A stretch of 64,000 nucleotides of DNA. Origin: Candidatus Saccharimonadales bacterium. Its GTDB lineage: Bacteria > Patescibacteriota > Saccharimonadia > Saccharimonadales > SZUA-47. Below the pieces are notes generated by a model that had not been told where the DNA came from, ran no database searches, and saw only the letters and a program-made list of their open reading frames with translations. Location of the stretch: assembly GCA_038211855.1 (NCBI GenBank), contig JBBQVE010000003.1, positions 33,907 to 97,906 on the forward strand, written 5' to 3'. This document shows, in pieces, positions 1 to 9,640 of the stretch. Each line of letters begins with the position of its first letter. Position 1 is the first letter of the stretch. A program made the position numbers and the translations under genes.

Positions 1-128
1 CGTTTGGCGTTTCGGCTGAAGCAGTTACAGCCGCCGGCCAACAGCTCGTCGACGCGCTGTAAATCTTTCACTAGTGATAGCTTCCCTCAAGCTGTTAGAA
101 TGTATCTAGCCAAGGGAGGCTTTTTACT

Positions 129-599
129 GTGAAACTTTTCAAGAAACCCAAACTCAATAAACGTACAACCGTATTCATCGTGCTTGTTGTGCTCTTCGTC
201 ATATCCGGCCTTTCGATCATGTACATGCGTCATAGCCAGCAAGTCAAAGATGAACAAGCCTCGCTCAATCCTTCGGCAAATATCGCACCGGCCAAAAAAT
301 CTGCCACAAGTCTCTTTTTTACGAATGAAAAAAGCCTACCAACCACATACACACCGGGTCAAGACATCTCGTTGTCTTTCGTGATTCAAAACCACGAAGG
401 GAAAACCGTCGACTACCCCTACACGATTGTCATAAGCGGCATACAAGTGGCTTCACATACGGTAACTGTCAAAAACAAAACCGAGCAGACGGTGAATGAA
501 AAACTAACCTTACCAAGCGATAAACAGGCGCTAACGATACAGATTACACTGAAGAACCAGCTCAAAACCATTCAGTTTTCGATGGTACGTGCCAAATAA
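129..599 (+). CDS. Membrane-anchored hypothetical protein (paralog of 1557..2012)
   Basis: GTG start 10 nt after GGGAGG, with TGTTAGAAT -10 upstream. Basic N-terminus plus one hydrophobic helix. SLFFTNEKSLPTTYTPGQDISLSFVIQNHEG aligns with ELYFADLPNLPLTYQADRSIPVSFTVHNLEE of the 1557..2012 product. Confidence 0.6.
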   Translation: MKLFKKPKLNKRTTVFIVLVVLFVISGLSIMYMRHSQQVKDEQASLNPSANIAPAKKSATSLFFTNEKSLPTTYTPGQDISLSFVIQNHEGKTVDYPYTIVISGIQVASHTVTVKNKTEQTVNEKLTLPSDKQALTIQITLKNQLKTIQFSMVRAK

Positions 600-609
600 A
601 CGAATTTAT

Positions 610-1356
610 TTAAGCGTCTCCAAAGTCGGTCGTGCGTAGTTTTGGTTGATTGTAGCGCCTATCGCCAAACAGCGTGACGATGCGGTTCGCGGCGATCCAG
701 GTGAGGTGAGAAAAGCCCGTCTTCCAGTGACTTTGATGTGATTGACCGTGACGCAGGTGCTGTTTGATATGGAATTCCTCGAACTTGATAGACTCATCCA
801 TAATAGCGTTCAGTTTTATTTCTGGGCTCAGGTTCCAGTCGCCCATCGTCAGGTTCAATCGCTCTCTGATGTCGGCATTCATGACCCACATACCCGACAG
901 AATATCCTTCACTTTGTGACCGTACAAGACGCGAGCCTCTGTATTCAGAATCCAGACACCGAGCCGCAGTTTGAAGGGCATTTCCGTTTCGTCATGTAGT
1001 GGATGTCGATTACAAGAAAGGAACTGGATGCCTTTGTCCATAAAGTGATCAATGATGCGCTCCAACTGGTCGATGGGATAGGTGCCGTCAGCGTCGGCGG
1101 TGACGATAATATCGCCAGTGGCCTGCTCGATGCCGGTCATGTGGGCATAGCCGTAGCCAATACCTTTATAGGTACGATTGTCTTCGATTGCCTGCGCGCC
1201 GAGTTCGCGAGCGCGCATCACGGTGTTATCAGAGGAGTTGTTGCTGACGACGATGATCTCGTCAACGAATTTCGGAATCATTCCAATCACTAAATCAAGA
1301 TGCTTTGCTTCATTGCGACAAGGCAGGTACAGCGATATTTTTTTGTTTCGATACAT
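610..1356 (-). CDS. Glycosyltransferase family 2 (GT-A, dolichyl-phosphate-sugar synthase-like)
   Basis: ORF 610..1386. MYRNKKISLYLPCRNE...VVSNNSSDNT...TADADGTYP is a typical GT2 N-terminal signature with DxD. ATG 1356 gives the usual short N-terminus; ATG 1386 is the alternative. Confidence 0.8.
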   Translation of the reverse strand: MYRNKKISLYLPCRNEAKHLDLVIGMIPKFVDEIIVVSNNSSDNTVMRARELGAQAIEDNRTYKGIGYGYAHMTGIEQATGDIIVTADADGTYPIDQLERIIDHFMDKGIQFLSCNRHPLHDETEMPFKLRLGVWILNTEARVLYGHKVKDILSGMWVMNADIRERLNLTMGDWNLSPEIKLNAIMDESIKFEEFHIKQHLRHGQSHQSHWKTGFSHLTWIAANRIVTLFGDRRYNQPKLRTTDFGDA

Positions 1357-1556
1357 GGAATGGGGAACAACCTCTCCCCACCGCATGTTTTAAGTCTCTA
1401 ATGCTTAGTAATGCTTTAGGAATAGTAACAACAATAATTTCTACCATCAAGAAAAATACGAAACTACAACAATTATTTTTCCATTCTCCTAATAAGTGTA
1501 ATTGTGATACAATTCTCTCGAGAAACCGGGTGGATAAAGGATACATATTTAGCGCC

Positions 1557-2012
1557 TTGGTAAGTGAGAAAAAGCAACCTTCATTGGCAAGCAAACTTGT
1601 CATTCTGGGAATGGCCATCGCTTTAGTGCTCACTTTGATACTGCTTACGGTGCCATCATTGCGGGCTGGTACGAAGAAGTTTCTGACACTGAGTACGACC
1701 CACCAGCCTGAACGTCTGACCGAGTTATATTTTGCTGATCTACCCAATCTTCCTTTAACGTATCAGGCTGACCGATCTATTCCTGTGAGCTTTACAGTTC
1801 ATAATCTTGAAGAACGAGACATGACTTACCGCTACATTGTGTATGCGACAACCACTAGCCCACCACAGATACAGACAGTCTCGATTCCAAAAGGTGTGAC
1901 CCAAACAATTATCGCCAACCTGCCAGCCACAGACTACGGCGAGCGGGTACCGGTTGCAGTTGAGCTGATTGACCAGCAGCAGTCAATTCATTTTTGGGTG
2001 AGTCGTTCATGA
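1557..2012 (+). CDS. Membrane-anchored hypothetical protein (paralog of 129..599)
   Basis: The long ORF from 1305 overlaps the divergent GT2 gene. The in-frame TTG at 1557 gives a basic N-terminus plus TM helix like the paralog; ATG 1611 is the alternative start. The stop overlaps the next start (ATGA at 2009-2012). Confidence 0.5.
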   Translation: MVSEKKQPSLASKLVILGMAIALVLTLILLTVPSLRAGTKKFLTLSTTHQPERLTELYFADLPNLPLTYQADRSIPVSFTVHNLEERDMTYRYIVYATTTSPPQIQTVSIPKGVTQTIIANLPATDYGERVPVAVELIDQQQSIHFWVSRS

Positions 2013-3124
2013 TGCATGTTTTAATGGTCTGCCACTACTATCCCCCACACAGTGGTGGCATTGAGTACGTGGCGCGTGGTCAAGCCGAGCGATTGGCGGC
2101 GGCGGGGCATACGGTCACGGTTGTGACGAGCAAGGTTTCTGCAGAAGAGCAGGATGTCACAAGCAAAAATTTAAAGGTCCGGCGTGTACCGGCGTGGAAT
2201 GGGCTACAAGCGCGCGGTGCCGCTTTTCCAATTTTCGGACCACGAATATTTAGAGAACTTTACAATGAAGTGCAGCGAGCTGATGTGGTACAGGTGCACG
2301 ACGCACTGTTTATCTCGTCATTCGTCGCAGTTGTGTGGGCGCGTGTGCTGAAGAAGCCGGTAGTTTTGATGCAACATGTTGGACTTGTGACGCATGATAG
2401 CCGACTCGCAAAAATTGTCCAACGGCTGATGTATGCAACCGGCGGCAGGTTTATTTTTGCTTCGAGTCGTCGGATTTTGACCCTCAATGATACGGTTGAG
2501 GCGTTCCTTTTGAGATATGGTGTGCCGCAAAAGAAGTTGCAACACATTCACAACGGGACTGATTTAAAATTGTATCGACCAGCACAGAAAAACGAAAAAA
2601 AGCTACTACGGAATAAATATGGACTGTCCCAAACCAAAAAAATTATTTTGTTTGTTGGCCGTCCCGTACCAAAAAAAGGCTTTGCAAAGCTCGCCGCCGC
2701 GGCACGAGATAGCTATGAAATCGTCTCCGTTGGTGGACCAGGAGCACTAGCAACAAGACAAATTAAAAGCCTCGGTATTCTGCCACAAAACGAAATTGCA
2801 GAAGTCTACCGAGCAGCTGATATGTTTGTGCTGCCTTCAATTGACGAAGGCTTCCCGATGTCGGTCCAAGAAGCGATGGCAAGCGGCTTGCCGGTGATTA
2901 CGACCAATGACCCTGGGTACGCACGCTACCACCTCGACCACAGTAAAATCAGACTGATTCAGCCAACCAAAGGAGCGGTAAAACGTGCAATACAGGATCT
3001 CGTAAGTGACAAAAAACTTATGACCGAGATGTCTCTATATTCGCGCGCCTATGCACTGAAAACCTTTGATTGGAAACAGGTTATCGACAGTCTTGTAACT
3101 ACCTATGAAGAGGTACGATTGTGA
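2009..3124 (+). CDS. Glycosyltransferase family 4 (GT-B)
   Basis: MMHVLMVCHYYPPHSGGIEYV N-terminus and C-terminal ...PSIDEGFPMSVQEAMASGLPVITT (EX7E-type GT4 motif). ATG 2009 overlaps the upstream stop. Confidence 0.8.
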   Translation: MMHVLMVCHYYPPHSGGIEYVARGQAERLAAAGHTVTVVTSKVSAEEQDVTSKNLKVRRVPAWNGLQARGAAFPIFGPRIFRELYNEVQRADVVQVHDALFISSFVAVVWARVLKKPVVLMQHVGLVTHDSRLAKIVQRLMYATGGRFIFASSRRILTLNDTVEAFLLRYGVPQKKLQHIHNGTDLKLYRPAQKNEKKLLRNKYGLSQTKKIILFVGRPVPKKGFAKLAAAARDSYEIVSVGGPGALATRQIKSLGILPQNEIAEVYRAADMFVLPSIDEGFPMSVQEAMASGLPVITTNDPGYARYHLDHSKIRLIQPTKGAVKRAIQDLVSDKKLMTEMSLYSRAYALKTFDWKQVIDSLVTTYEEVRL

Positions 3125-4977
3125 AATCAGTGCTCGTTACCACCAGCTGGGACGACGGCCATATCCTGGATATGCGCTTGGCGGCACTACTCAAAAAATA
3201 TGGCTTAAAAGGTACTTTTTATGTATCACCACACGACCATGAATTCGCGGCCGATAACTTGTTGAGTGATCAGCAAGTGACCACGCTCGCGAAGTCATTT
3301 GAAATTGGTGCTCATACCATGACACACCCGCGACTGACGCAGATATCTGACAAAAAAGTCGTTAAAGAATTAGCAGACTCCAAGCAGCATCTAGAACGGG
3401 TAACGGGCACGACAATTACCGCGTTCTGCTATCCGGGTGGTAACTATGCCGCAAAGCACATTCCGCTTATAAAAAAAGTGGGCTTTGCATACGCGCGAAC
3501 CACCAAACGACTCAGCCTGAAGAGCGGTCCAGCCTACGAGGCGAGGACAACGGTCAATACCTATAATCACTATCAAGATTTGTGGAAGATTTCTAAACTG
3601 GCTCGCTTTCAGCCTCGGAAAATTTATCAGCTTTTTCACTGGGAAGAACTAGCAAAGTTTATGTTTGATAAAGTCCAAAAAGAGGGTGGCATCTTTCATC
3701 TGTGGGGGCATTCTTGGGAAGTCGACGGGCATAATGATTGGGAAAAACTGGAAGCAGTCTTCGAATATATTTCCGGTAAGAAAGACACCTCCTATGTGAC
3801 AAATGGGGAACTGCCTGCGCTGGAGACGAAAAACTTATTGATGGTTGCGCCTTATTTTCCACCACACACCGGTGGTCAAGAATTCTATGCTTATAATAAT
3901 GCGCTCCAGTTACAAAAAAAGTTCGGCTGGAACGTGACGATCGCGACTTCCGGGGGCATGGGGTGGCGAGTCAAAAAGCGTGAGCAAAACGGTCTCACCG
4001 TCTACGAGCTACCGTACTGGCATAGACTGTCGAATACGCCCATCAATCCGCTCTGGTACTTCATGATCCGAAGACTAATCACATCACGCAACATTGATGT
4101 TTTAAATACGCATGCGCCGGTTGTGGGCATGGCTGAATGTGCCCAACTGGCGGCCGGACGAGTTCCAGTCGTTTTCACCTATCACATGTTGAGCATGAAA
4201 AAAGGCGAAAAACGATTCGACTGGATTATCTGGCTCTACGAAAAACTCGTGCTGCCCTTGAGTCTCAAAAAAGCTCACCACATCATTGTTTCGTCAGATC
4301 CAGTGCGTCAAACATTTCTTAAGAATGTGTTACATAAAAGTCAGACTATTAGCACCGGCGTTGATAGTGAGCGGTTCTATCCATGTTCTAAAAGACTCGC
4401 TCATACACCGACATTGCTCTTCAACGGAACACTGAATAAAACGGGCACACACAAAGGGCTTAGCGTGTTAATTGACGCCCTGCCGCTCATCATTAAAAAA
4501 GTACCAATGGTAGATGTTTTGATTATTGGAGCTGGCGATGGACATCAAGAATATCAACAGCAGGCTGACAAGCTTGGCGTTGGACGTCACTTGGTTTTTC
4601 TGGGTACGAGGTTCGACGAAGAGCTCGTGCAGGTGTACCAATCGGCGCATATATTTGTGCAGCCGAGCCTCAATGATAGCTACCCGATGGCGCTGGTTGA
4701 GGCGCTTGCGACTGGCATGGCCTGCGTTGCCACCAGTGTTGGTGCATTGCCGGCAATCGTTGAAGATGGCGTGAATGGGCTTATAGTGCCACCCGGTGAC
4801 ACAGTGGCTTTGGCAGAAAAACTTATCTATTTGTTTGAGCATCCTGCAGTTGCTCGTAAGTTCGGTGCGGCTGGTCGCCGGAAAGCTGAAGTATCAATGT
4901 CTTGGGACAACAAAGTGGCCGCCTTAGATGTGGCACTCCATGCGGCAATCGACGGTCGGAAGGGACGTGTGCGATGA
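3121..4977 (+). CDS. Fusion protein: NodB-type polysaccharide deacetylase (N) + GT4 glycosyltransferase (C)
   Basis: The N-terminal ~230 aa carry TSWDDG, HTMTHP and CYPGG (NodB homology motifs). The remainder has APYFPPHTGGQEFY ... PSLNDSYPMALVEALATGMACVAT (GT4). GTG 3121 overlaps the upstream TGA. Confidence 0.8.
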   Translation: MKSVLVTTSWDDGHILDMRLAALLKKYGLKGTFYVSPHDHEFAADNLLSDQQVTTLAKSFEIGAHTMTHPRLTQISDKKVVKELADSKQHLERVTGTTITAFCYPGGNYAAKHIPLIKKVGFAYARTTKRLSLKSGPAYEARTTVNTYNHYQDLWKISKLARFQPRKIYQLFHWEELAKFMFDKVQKEGGIFHLWGHSWEVDGHNDWEKLEAVFEYISGKKDTSYVTNGELPALETKNLLMVAPYFPPHTGGQEFYAYNNALQLQKKFGWNVTIATSGGMGWRVKKREQNGLTVYELPYWHRLSNTPINPLWYFMIRRLITSRNIDVLNTHAPVVGMAECAQLAAGRVPVVFTYHMLSMKKGEKRFDWIIWLYEKLVLPLSLKKAHHIIVSSDPVRQTFLKNVLHKSQTISTGVDSERFYPCSKRLAHTPTLLFNGTLNKTGTHKGLSVLIDALPLIIKKVPMVDVLIIGAGDGHQEYQQQADKLGVGRHLVFLGTRFDEELVQVYQSAHIFVQPSLNDSYPMALVEALATGMACVATSVGALPAIVEDGVNGLIVPPGDTVALAEKLIYLFEHPAVARKFGAAGRRKAEVSMSWDNKVAALDVALHAAIDGRKGRVR

Positions 4978-7900
4978 AGCAAAACAAGCCCAGTATTATT
5001 CAGATTACTCCCTATTATCCACCGCACACCGGTGGCATGGAAAACGTGGTACGCGAGCTGTCTGGGCAACTCACAAAGGATGGGTTTTCGGTGAGTGTGT
5101 ACACCTCGGCAATCGCCGATACGACCGAATCGACAGTGATTGATAATTTTTCGGTCCTGCGTTTGAAAGCCACAGAAGTTGCGCATACACCACTCATTTG
5201 GCGGCTACTACCCAAGTTATGGCGTGCTCCAAAAAACTCGGTATTTCACATTCATCTCGCCATTGCAGGCATCCCCGAGGTTGCTTTGCTAGTCGCCAAA
5301 CTACGACATATCCCTACCGTCTTACACTTTCACCTCGATGTTGATCCGTCGGGGCATTTTGGCTTCTTACTGAAACTCTATAAGAAAACACTCTTTACGT
5401 GGACGCTTAGAACAGGTGACTGCGTGTTGGTGTTTTCGGAAGATCAGGCCGAATTTCTAGCGAAGAAATATGGTGTATTACCAGAAAAAATCCGCATTCT
5501 GCCAAATGGTGTCGGCGATGCATTCTTTATGCCAAAGAAGCGGATAGCACCCGTTAAAAAGCTCGATCTTCTGTATGTTGGCCGCTTGCACAAACAAAAA
5601 CGTGTTGATCGCATCATTGAAGCCATGGCTATGGTCAAGGCAGATTGTCAATTAACAATCATTGGTGACGGTGATGACCGTGCTGCCTTAGAAGCGCTCT
5701 CGAGCAGCTTAAAACTTTGCAATGTGCACTTTATGGGCAAGAAGACAGGTATCGATTTACGTGCCTACTATCGTCGTGCAGACGTCTTGCTGCTGCCATC
5801 CGACAAGGAGGGTATGTCCCTGGTTATGCTGGAGGCTTTGGCGGCCGGCCTGCCGATTATCGCCTCTGATGTACCCGGCATCAAAGAACACTTAACAGGC
5901 ACAAGTATTCTGGTCAAGAAGCCTTCAGCCACAACCTTCGCCCTCGCAATCGACGATCTTTATAAAAATCGACGTCTCTATATTCCAAGACTTTCCCTTG
6001 CAAGCAGAGCCTTGGCGAGGCGTTTTTCCTGGCAATCAGTGACCACTCAACTCGAAGAGGTATATAATTCGTTGCCGCAACAAAAGTTGACAAAACCAAC
6101 AAGCAAAAGAGGAAAAATTAAATTGTTTGTACTTCTATCACTCTGGTGGTTGGCTATCATTACACTTCGCACGCTACCCAGTGCTCCTGAAGTGGTGATT
6201 AATACGCTCGGCTTTAGTTTTTTACTGATTGTACCAGGTTATCTGACCATCATGTGTCTACGTCTAAAACAAGTGAATCCGCTGGCAAAAGTAATCATGG
6301 CCGTTGGTGTATCGCTGTTTGAACTCATGCTCATTGGACTGCTCGGCAACACCATTCTGCAGTGGCTTGGTGTAAAACGTCCGCTTGATACACCGTTTCT
6401 TCTTGGGGAGGTAAGTCTCTTATTGGCTGGTCTTTATTGTGTCGTATGGTGGCGAGCTGGTTCAGTGAAGTTTGACATAAAAAATAAGCTTTTGGCGCTG
6501 TTGCCGAGTCGCCTGGACGTCTTCTTTGCGGCCGTGCCACTGTTGTTTGTTTTATTGAGTGTCATCGGTGCAGTCAGCCAGAATAATGGTGGGAGTAACC
6601 TCTCGACAGTTATCGCCTTGGTTGCTATCACGGTTTATAGCGCAGCCCTAATTTTGAAGAGTAGAAAATTAAGTGATAACACGTTCATGGTGGCGCTATT
6701 CCTAATAGCACTATCGCTGCTTTTCATGACGAGTTTGCGTGGTTGGTTCACGACTGGACACGATATTCAACGTGAGTTTGGTGTCTTTGAGTTGGCCAAG
6801 AATAGCGGTGTCTGGAAGATACAAAGTTTCCGCGATCCTTATAATGCCTGCCTCAGCATTACCCTGTTGCCAACAATGTTCTTTAACGTATTGAAATCGT
6901 TTGACCCGTACATCTACAAAGTATTTTTTCAGATTATTTTTGCGCTAACGCCGCCGCTCTTGTTTATTTTCACTCGTAAATGGGCTTCGCGACCATTGTC
7001 GTATACCTCTGTGCTTTATTTTGTGGCGTTCCCAACTTTCTTTACTGATATGCCGATGCTCAATAGGCAGGAAATTGCCTTGCTGTTTTTTGCGCTGATG
7101 CTGTTTACCGCCTTCCAAGACTCTGTCAGTATGCGTGTGCGGCGAAATCTCTTTTTGGTGTTTGCAGCCGGTTTAATTTTGTCGCATTACTCGACCACCT
7201 ATTCGGTTGTCATCATATTGTTTATAAGCGTCGTATGCCGCCCGATTCTTCTGCGGTTAGCAAGGCCTCTAAAGGATAAGCAGGCCTTTCTACAGAGTGC
7301 CTTAAAGTCATTTCAGTCGACATCAAACGAATTGAAGCGCATTACGTTTACTTCTGTAGTGTTGATTATTGTCGGTAGTTTTTTGTGGACGAGTGTGCTG
7401 ACAAACACAGGGAATAATACGGGGAGGGTGATTAAAGAAACTTTTATTGCGGCGCTGCATAGTCTCAAAGAAGACGTACCAAAGTCGAACGAGACGAAGT
7501 ACAACTTGCTATCATATGAGCCGGCTGACCTACAGAAGGAGCTTGGTATATATAACAATAAAATCGTTGAGCCCGCTCGCCAGCGAGACAGTGCATCCTA
7601 TTATCCGGCGTCAGACTATAAGCAAGAGTCACTGACTATTTCGACTTCAAATATATTGCCGCTGACTACGTTCGGAAGATTTTTAAAAGCGCACGGCATT
7701 CCGGTTGAAAGCGTTAATACGATCACCAGGCAAGGGTTTGCGAAGATCTTGCAGCTGCTCATTTTGATTGGCTTACTGTATGTACTCTTTAGACGCGCTT
7801 TGTTGCGGTCGCTCGACACTGAATATATGACGCTGGTGGTCGGCTGTGTATTGTTTGTGGTGTTGCAGGTTGTGTTGCCAGTGATATCAGTGGAATATGG

Positions 7901-8462
7901 ATTGCTCCGCGCTTTTCAGCAGTCGTTGATGCTGTTGTCGATCTTTATTGTGATGGGAAGTATCGTTGTGGCATCGCTTGCACCTACTAAAAGGCTTAAA
8001 GCTTATATTCCAGTCATCATCGCTTTGTTTTTCTTGGTGTCGTCAACTGGTTTGATTACTCAGACTTTGGGGGGCTATGCGGCGCAGCTCAATCTCAATA
8101 ACTCAGGCATGTACTATGATATTTACTATCTGCATCGATCAGAAGTCGTTGGCATACAGTGGCTTGATACACTCGCCAAAACACATCCAGCAGCCAAGAT
8201 ATCTTTGCCTGACGTGCAGTCCGATGATTACTCGTTTTACAAGCAACAGAACACGCTGTTTGATGTTGATCCGCTGTCCAATATTTATCCTGGTCTGATT
8301 CGGCGTGATTCGTACGTCTACCTTGGCTATTCCAACGTAGTCAAAGACCAGGCAACGGTGTCTTACCAGGGCAATACGCTCACCTACAACTATCCAGTCA
8401 AGTTCCTCGATGACAATAAAAGCCTGATTTATAACAACGGTGGCGCCAAGGTGTACCGATGA
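4974..8462 (+). CDS. Fusion protein: GT4 glycosyltransferase (N, ~380 aa) + very large polytopic membrane domain (C, ~780 aa)
   Basis: ATG 4974 overlaps the upstream stop (ATGA). ITPYYPPHTGGMENV ... PSDKEGMSLVMLEALAAGLPIIAS is GT4. It is followed by about 20 hydrophobic segments and a soluble tail. The domain resembles polymerase / GT-C / DUF2206-like membrane domains (inference). Confidence 0.75.
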   Translation: MKQNKPSIIQITPYYPPHTGGMENVVRELSGQLTKDGFSVSVYTSAIADTTESTVIDNFSVLRLKATEVAHTPLIWRLLPKLWRAPKNSVFHIHLAIAGIPEVALLVAKLRHIPTVLHFHLDVDPSGHFGFLLKLYKKTLFTWTLRTGDCVLVFSEDQAEFLAKKYGVLPEKIRILPNGVGDAFFMPKKRIAPVKKLDLLYVGRLHKQKRVDRIIEAMAMVKADCQLTIIGDGDDRAALEALSSSLKLCNVHFMGKKTGIDLRAYYRRADVLLLPSDKEGMSLVMLEALAAGLPIIASDVPGIKEHLTGTSILVKKPSATTFALAIDDLYKNRRLYIPRLSLASRALARRFSWQSVTTQLEEVYNSLPQQKLTKPTSKRGKIKLFVLLSLWWLAIITLRTLPSAPEVVINTLGFSFLLIVPGYLTIMCLRLKQVNPLAKVIMAVGVSLFELMLIGLLGNTILQWLGVKRPLDTPFLLGEVSLLLAGLYCVVWWRAGSVKFDIKNKLLALLPSRLDVFFAAVPLLFVLLSVIGAVSQNNGGSNLSTVIALVAITVYSAALILKSRKLSDNTFMVALFLIALSLLFMTSLRGWFTTGHDIQREFGVFELAKNSGVWKIQSFRDPYNACLSITLLPTMFFNVLKSFDPYIYKVFFQIIFALTPPLLFIFTRKWASRPLSYTSVLYFVAFPTFFTDMPMLNRQEIALLFFALMLFTAFQDSVSMRVRRNLFLVFAAGLILSHYSTTYSVVIILFISVVCRPILLRLARPLKDKQAFLQSALKSFQSTSNELKRITFTSVVLIIVGSFLWTSVLTNTGNNTGRVIKETFIAALHSLKEDVPKSNETKYNLLSYEPADLQKELGIYNNKIVEPARQRDSASYYPASDYKQESLTISTSNILPLTTFGRFLKAHGIPVESVNTITRQGFAKILQLLILIGLLYVLFRRALLRSLDTEYMTLVVGCVLFVVLQVVLPVISVEYGLLRAFQQSLMLLSIFIVMGSIVVASLAPTKRLKAYIPVIIALFFLVSSTGLITQTLGGYAAQLNLNNSGMYYDIYYLHRSEVVGIQWLDTLAKTHPAAKISLPDVQSDDYSFYKQQNTLFDVDPLSNIYPGLIRRDSYVYLGYSNVVKDQATVSYQGNTLTYNYPVKFLDDNKSLIYNNGGAKVYR

Positions 8463-9640
8463 GAATCTTACTAGTCATCAGCAATGGGTACATCTGTGGC
8501 GGAGCCGAAAAAAGCGTAGATATTCTGAAAAAGAATTTATTAAAGAACGGTCATGAAGTCAACGTCTTGGCCAGTGATCTAGCTGTGGATGATCCAACGA
8601 CGTTTAGCGACTTTACCTATCCGCACATCCGACCAGGTAGTCCGAGTGGATATTTTAAACGACTATGGAATACTGATTCCTACAAAGCGGTGAAGCGAGC
8701 GTGTAATGACTTCAAACCCGACATTATTCACTATCATACGATGGGTGAACTTTCGCCCTCAGCACTATTTGCGGCCGGGAAGGTACCAGCGCTATTGACG
8801 GTTCATGGACCCGAAGAGTACACCAAAAATTTGTTAAAATGGTTCCTCGAAACCAATGCCTACAAAAGTGAGGTGGTGCGGTTGGATAATCTCACTACCT
8901 TCGGAAAAATAGAGTACGTCTTCTATCGCTATATTCAGCGGCCACTCTATGTGCTGGCTTTTCGTCGCAGACTTTCGGCTTTCATTTCGCCCAGCAGCTA
9001 CATGGCTGGTGCGCTCGAAACTGAGGGCTATGGCATACCGATTAAACAGATCTATAACGGCGTCGAATTACCCGTGGCCAAAAAGCTTCCGAAACAAAAA
9101 GTAATCCTGTATGTTGGCCGACTCAATCTTGTAAAAGGTGTTTCTTATTTGATTGCTGCGTTTGCTGAACTGCGGCAGTATTTTCCAGATGTGCAATTAC
9201 ATCTTGTGGGTGAGGGACCATACAAAAAGCGCCTGCAAAAGCAGGTTGCAGATCACAAACTAAAAAACAGCGTTCACTTCTTGGGGTGGCAATCGACCGA
9301 ACAAGTTATGGCGCAGTTTAAGACTGCTCGCTTAGTAGTGATTCCTTCAGTCTGGCCAGAGAATCTGCCGACGGTTTGCATCGAAGCGATGGCGATTGGG
9401 CGACCGATTGTTGGTACGAATGTCGGCGGTATTCCAGAATTGATTCACGACGGTACCAATGGTTTGATTGTGCCTCCGGCCGATGCGTCAGCCTTGGCTG
9501 CAGCTATGCATACGATTTTGAATGATGAACACCTTGCAGAAGCTATGGCAAAGGCTTCAGCGCAGTCTTCAAAACGGTTCAGCGTTGAGACCTTTGTGCA
9601 TAATCTCGAAAAACTTTACCGGGAAACCATTGCATCATGA
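8459..9640 (+). CDS. Glycosyltransferase family 4
   Basis: MRILLVISNGYICGGAEKSV ... PSVWPENLPTVCIEAMAIGRPIVGTNVGGIPELI. ATGA overlap with the upstream gene. Confidence 0.8.
   Translation: MRILLVISNGYICGGAEKSVDILKKNLLKNGHEVNVLASDLAVDDPTTFSDFTYPHIRPGSPSGYFKRLWNTDSYKAVKRACNDFKPDIIHYHTMGELSPSALFAAGKVPALLTVHGPEEYTKNLLKWFLETNAYKSEVVRLDNLTTFGKIEYVFYRYIQRPLYVLAFRRRLSAFISPSSYMAGALETEGYGIPIKQIYNGVELPVAKKLPKQKVILYVGRLNLVKGVSYLIAAFAELRQYFPDVQLHLVGEGPYKKRLQKQVADHKLKNSVHFLGWQSTEQVMAQFKTARLVVIPSVWPENLPTVCIEAMAIGRPIVGTNVGGIPELIHDGTNGLIVPPADASALAAAMHTILNDEHLAEAMAKASAQSSKRFSVETFVHNLEKLYRETIAS

Noticed and set aside
1-62. An open frame ending at TAA 60-62 (...FGVSAEAVTAAGQQLVDAL*), probably the 3' end of a + strand gene cut by the window edge.
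   Set aside because: It is too short to identify or to distinguish from noise, so it is not reported as a feature.
4902-4973. N-terminal extensions offered by the longest-ORF track (4902, 1305, 18932, 27167, 27199, 43768, 43807, 55189, 63024, 53544).
   Set aside because: The extensions overlap upstream genes or promoter -10 boxes and add non-conserved residues. Internal starts give canonical N-termini (for example [14 protein letters not shown] for DnaK) and ATGA/GTGA coupling.
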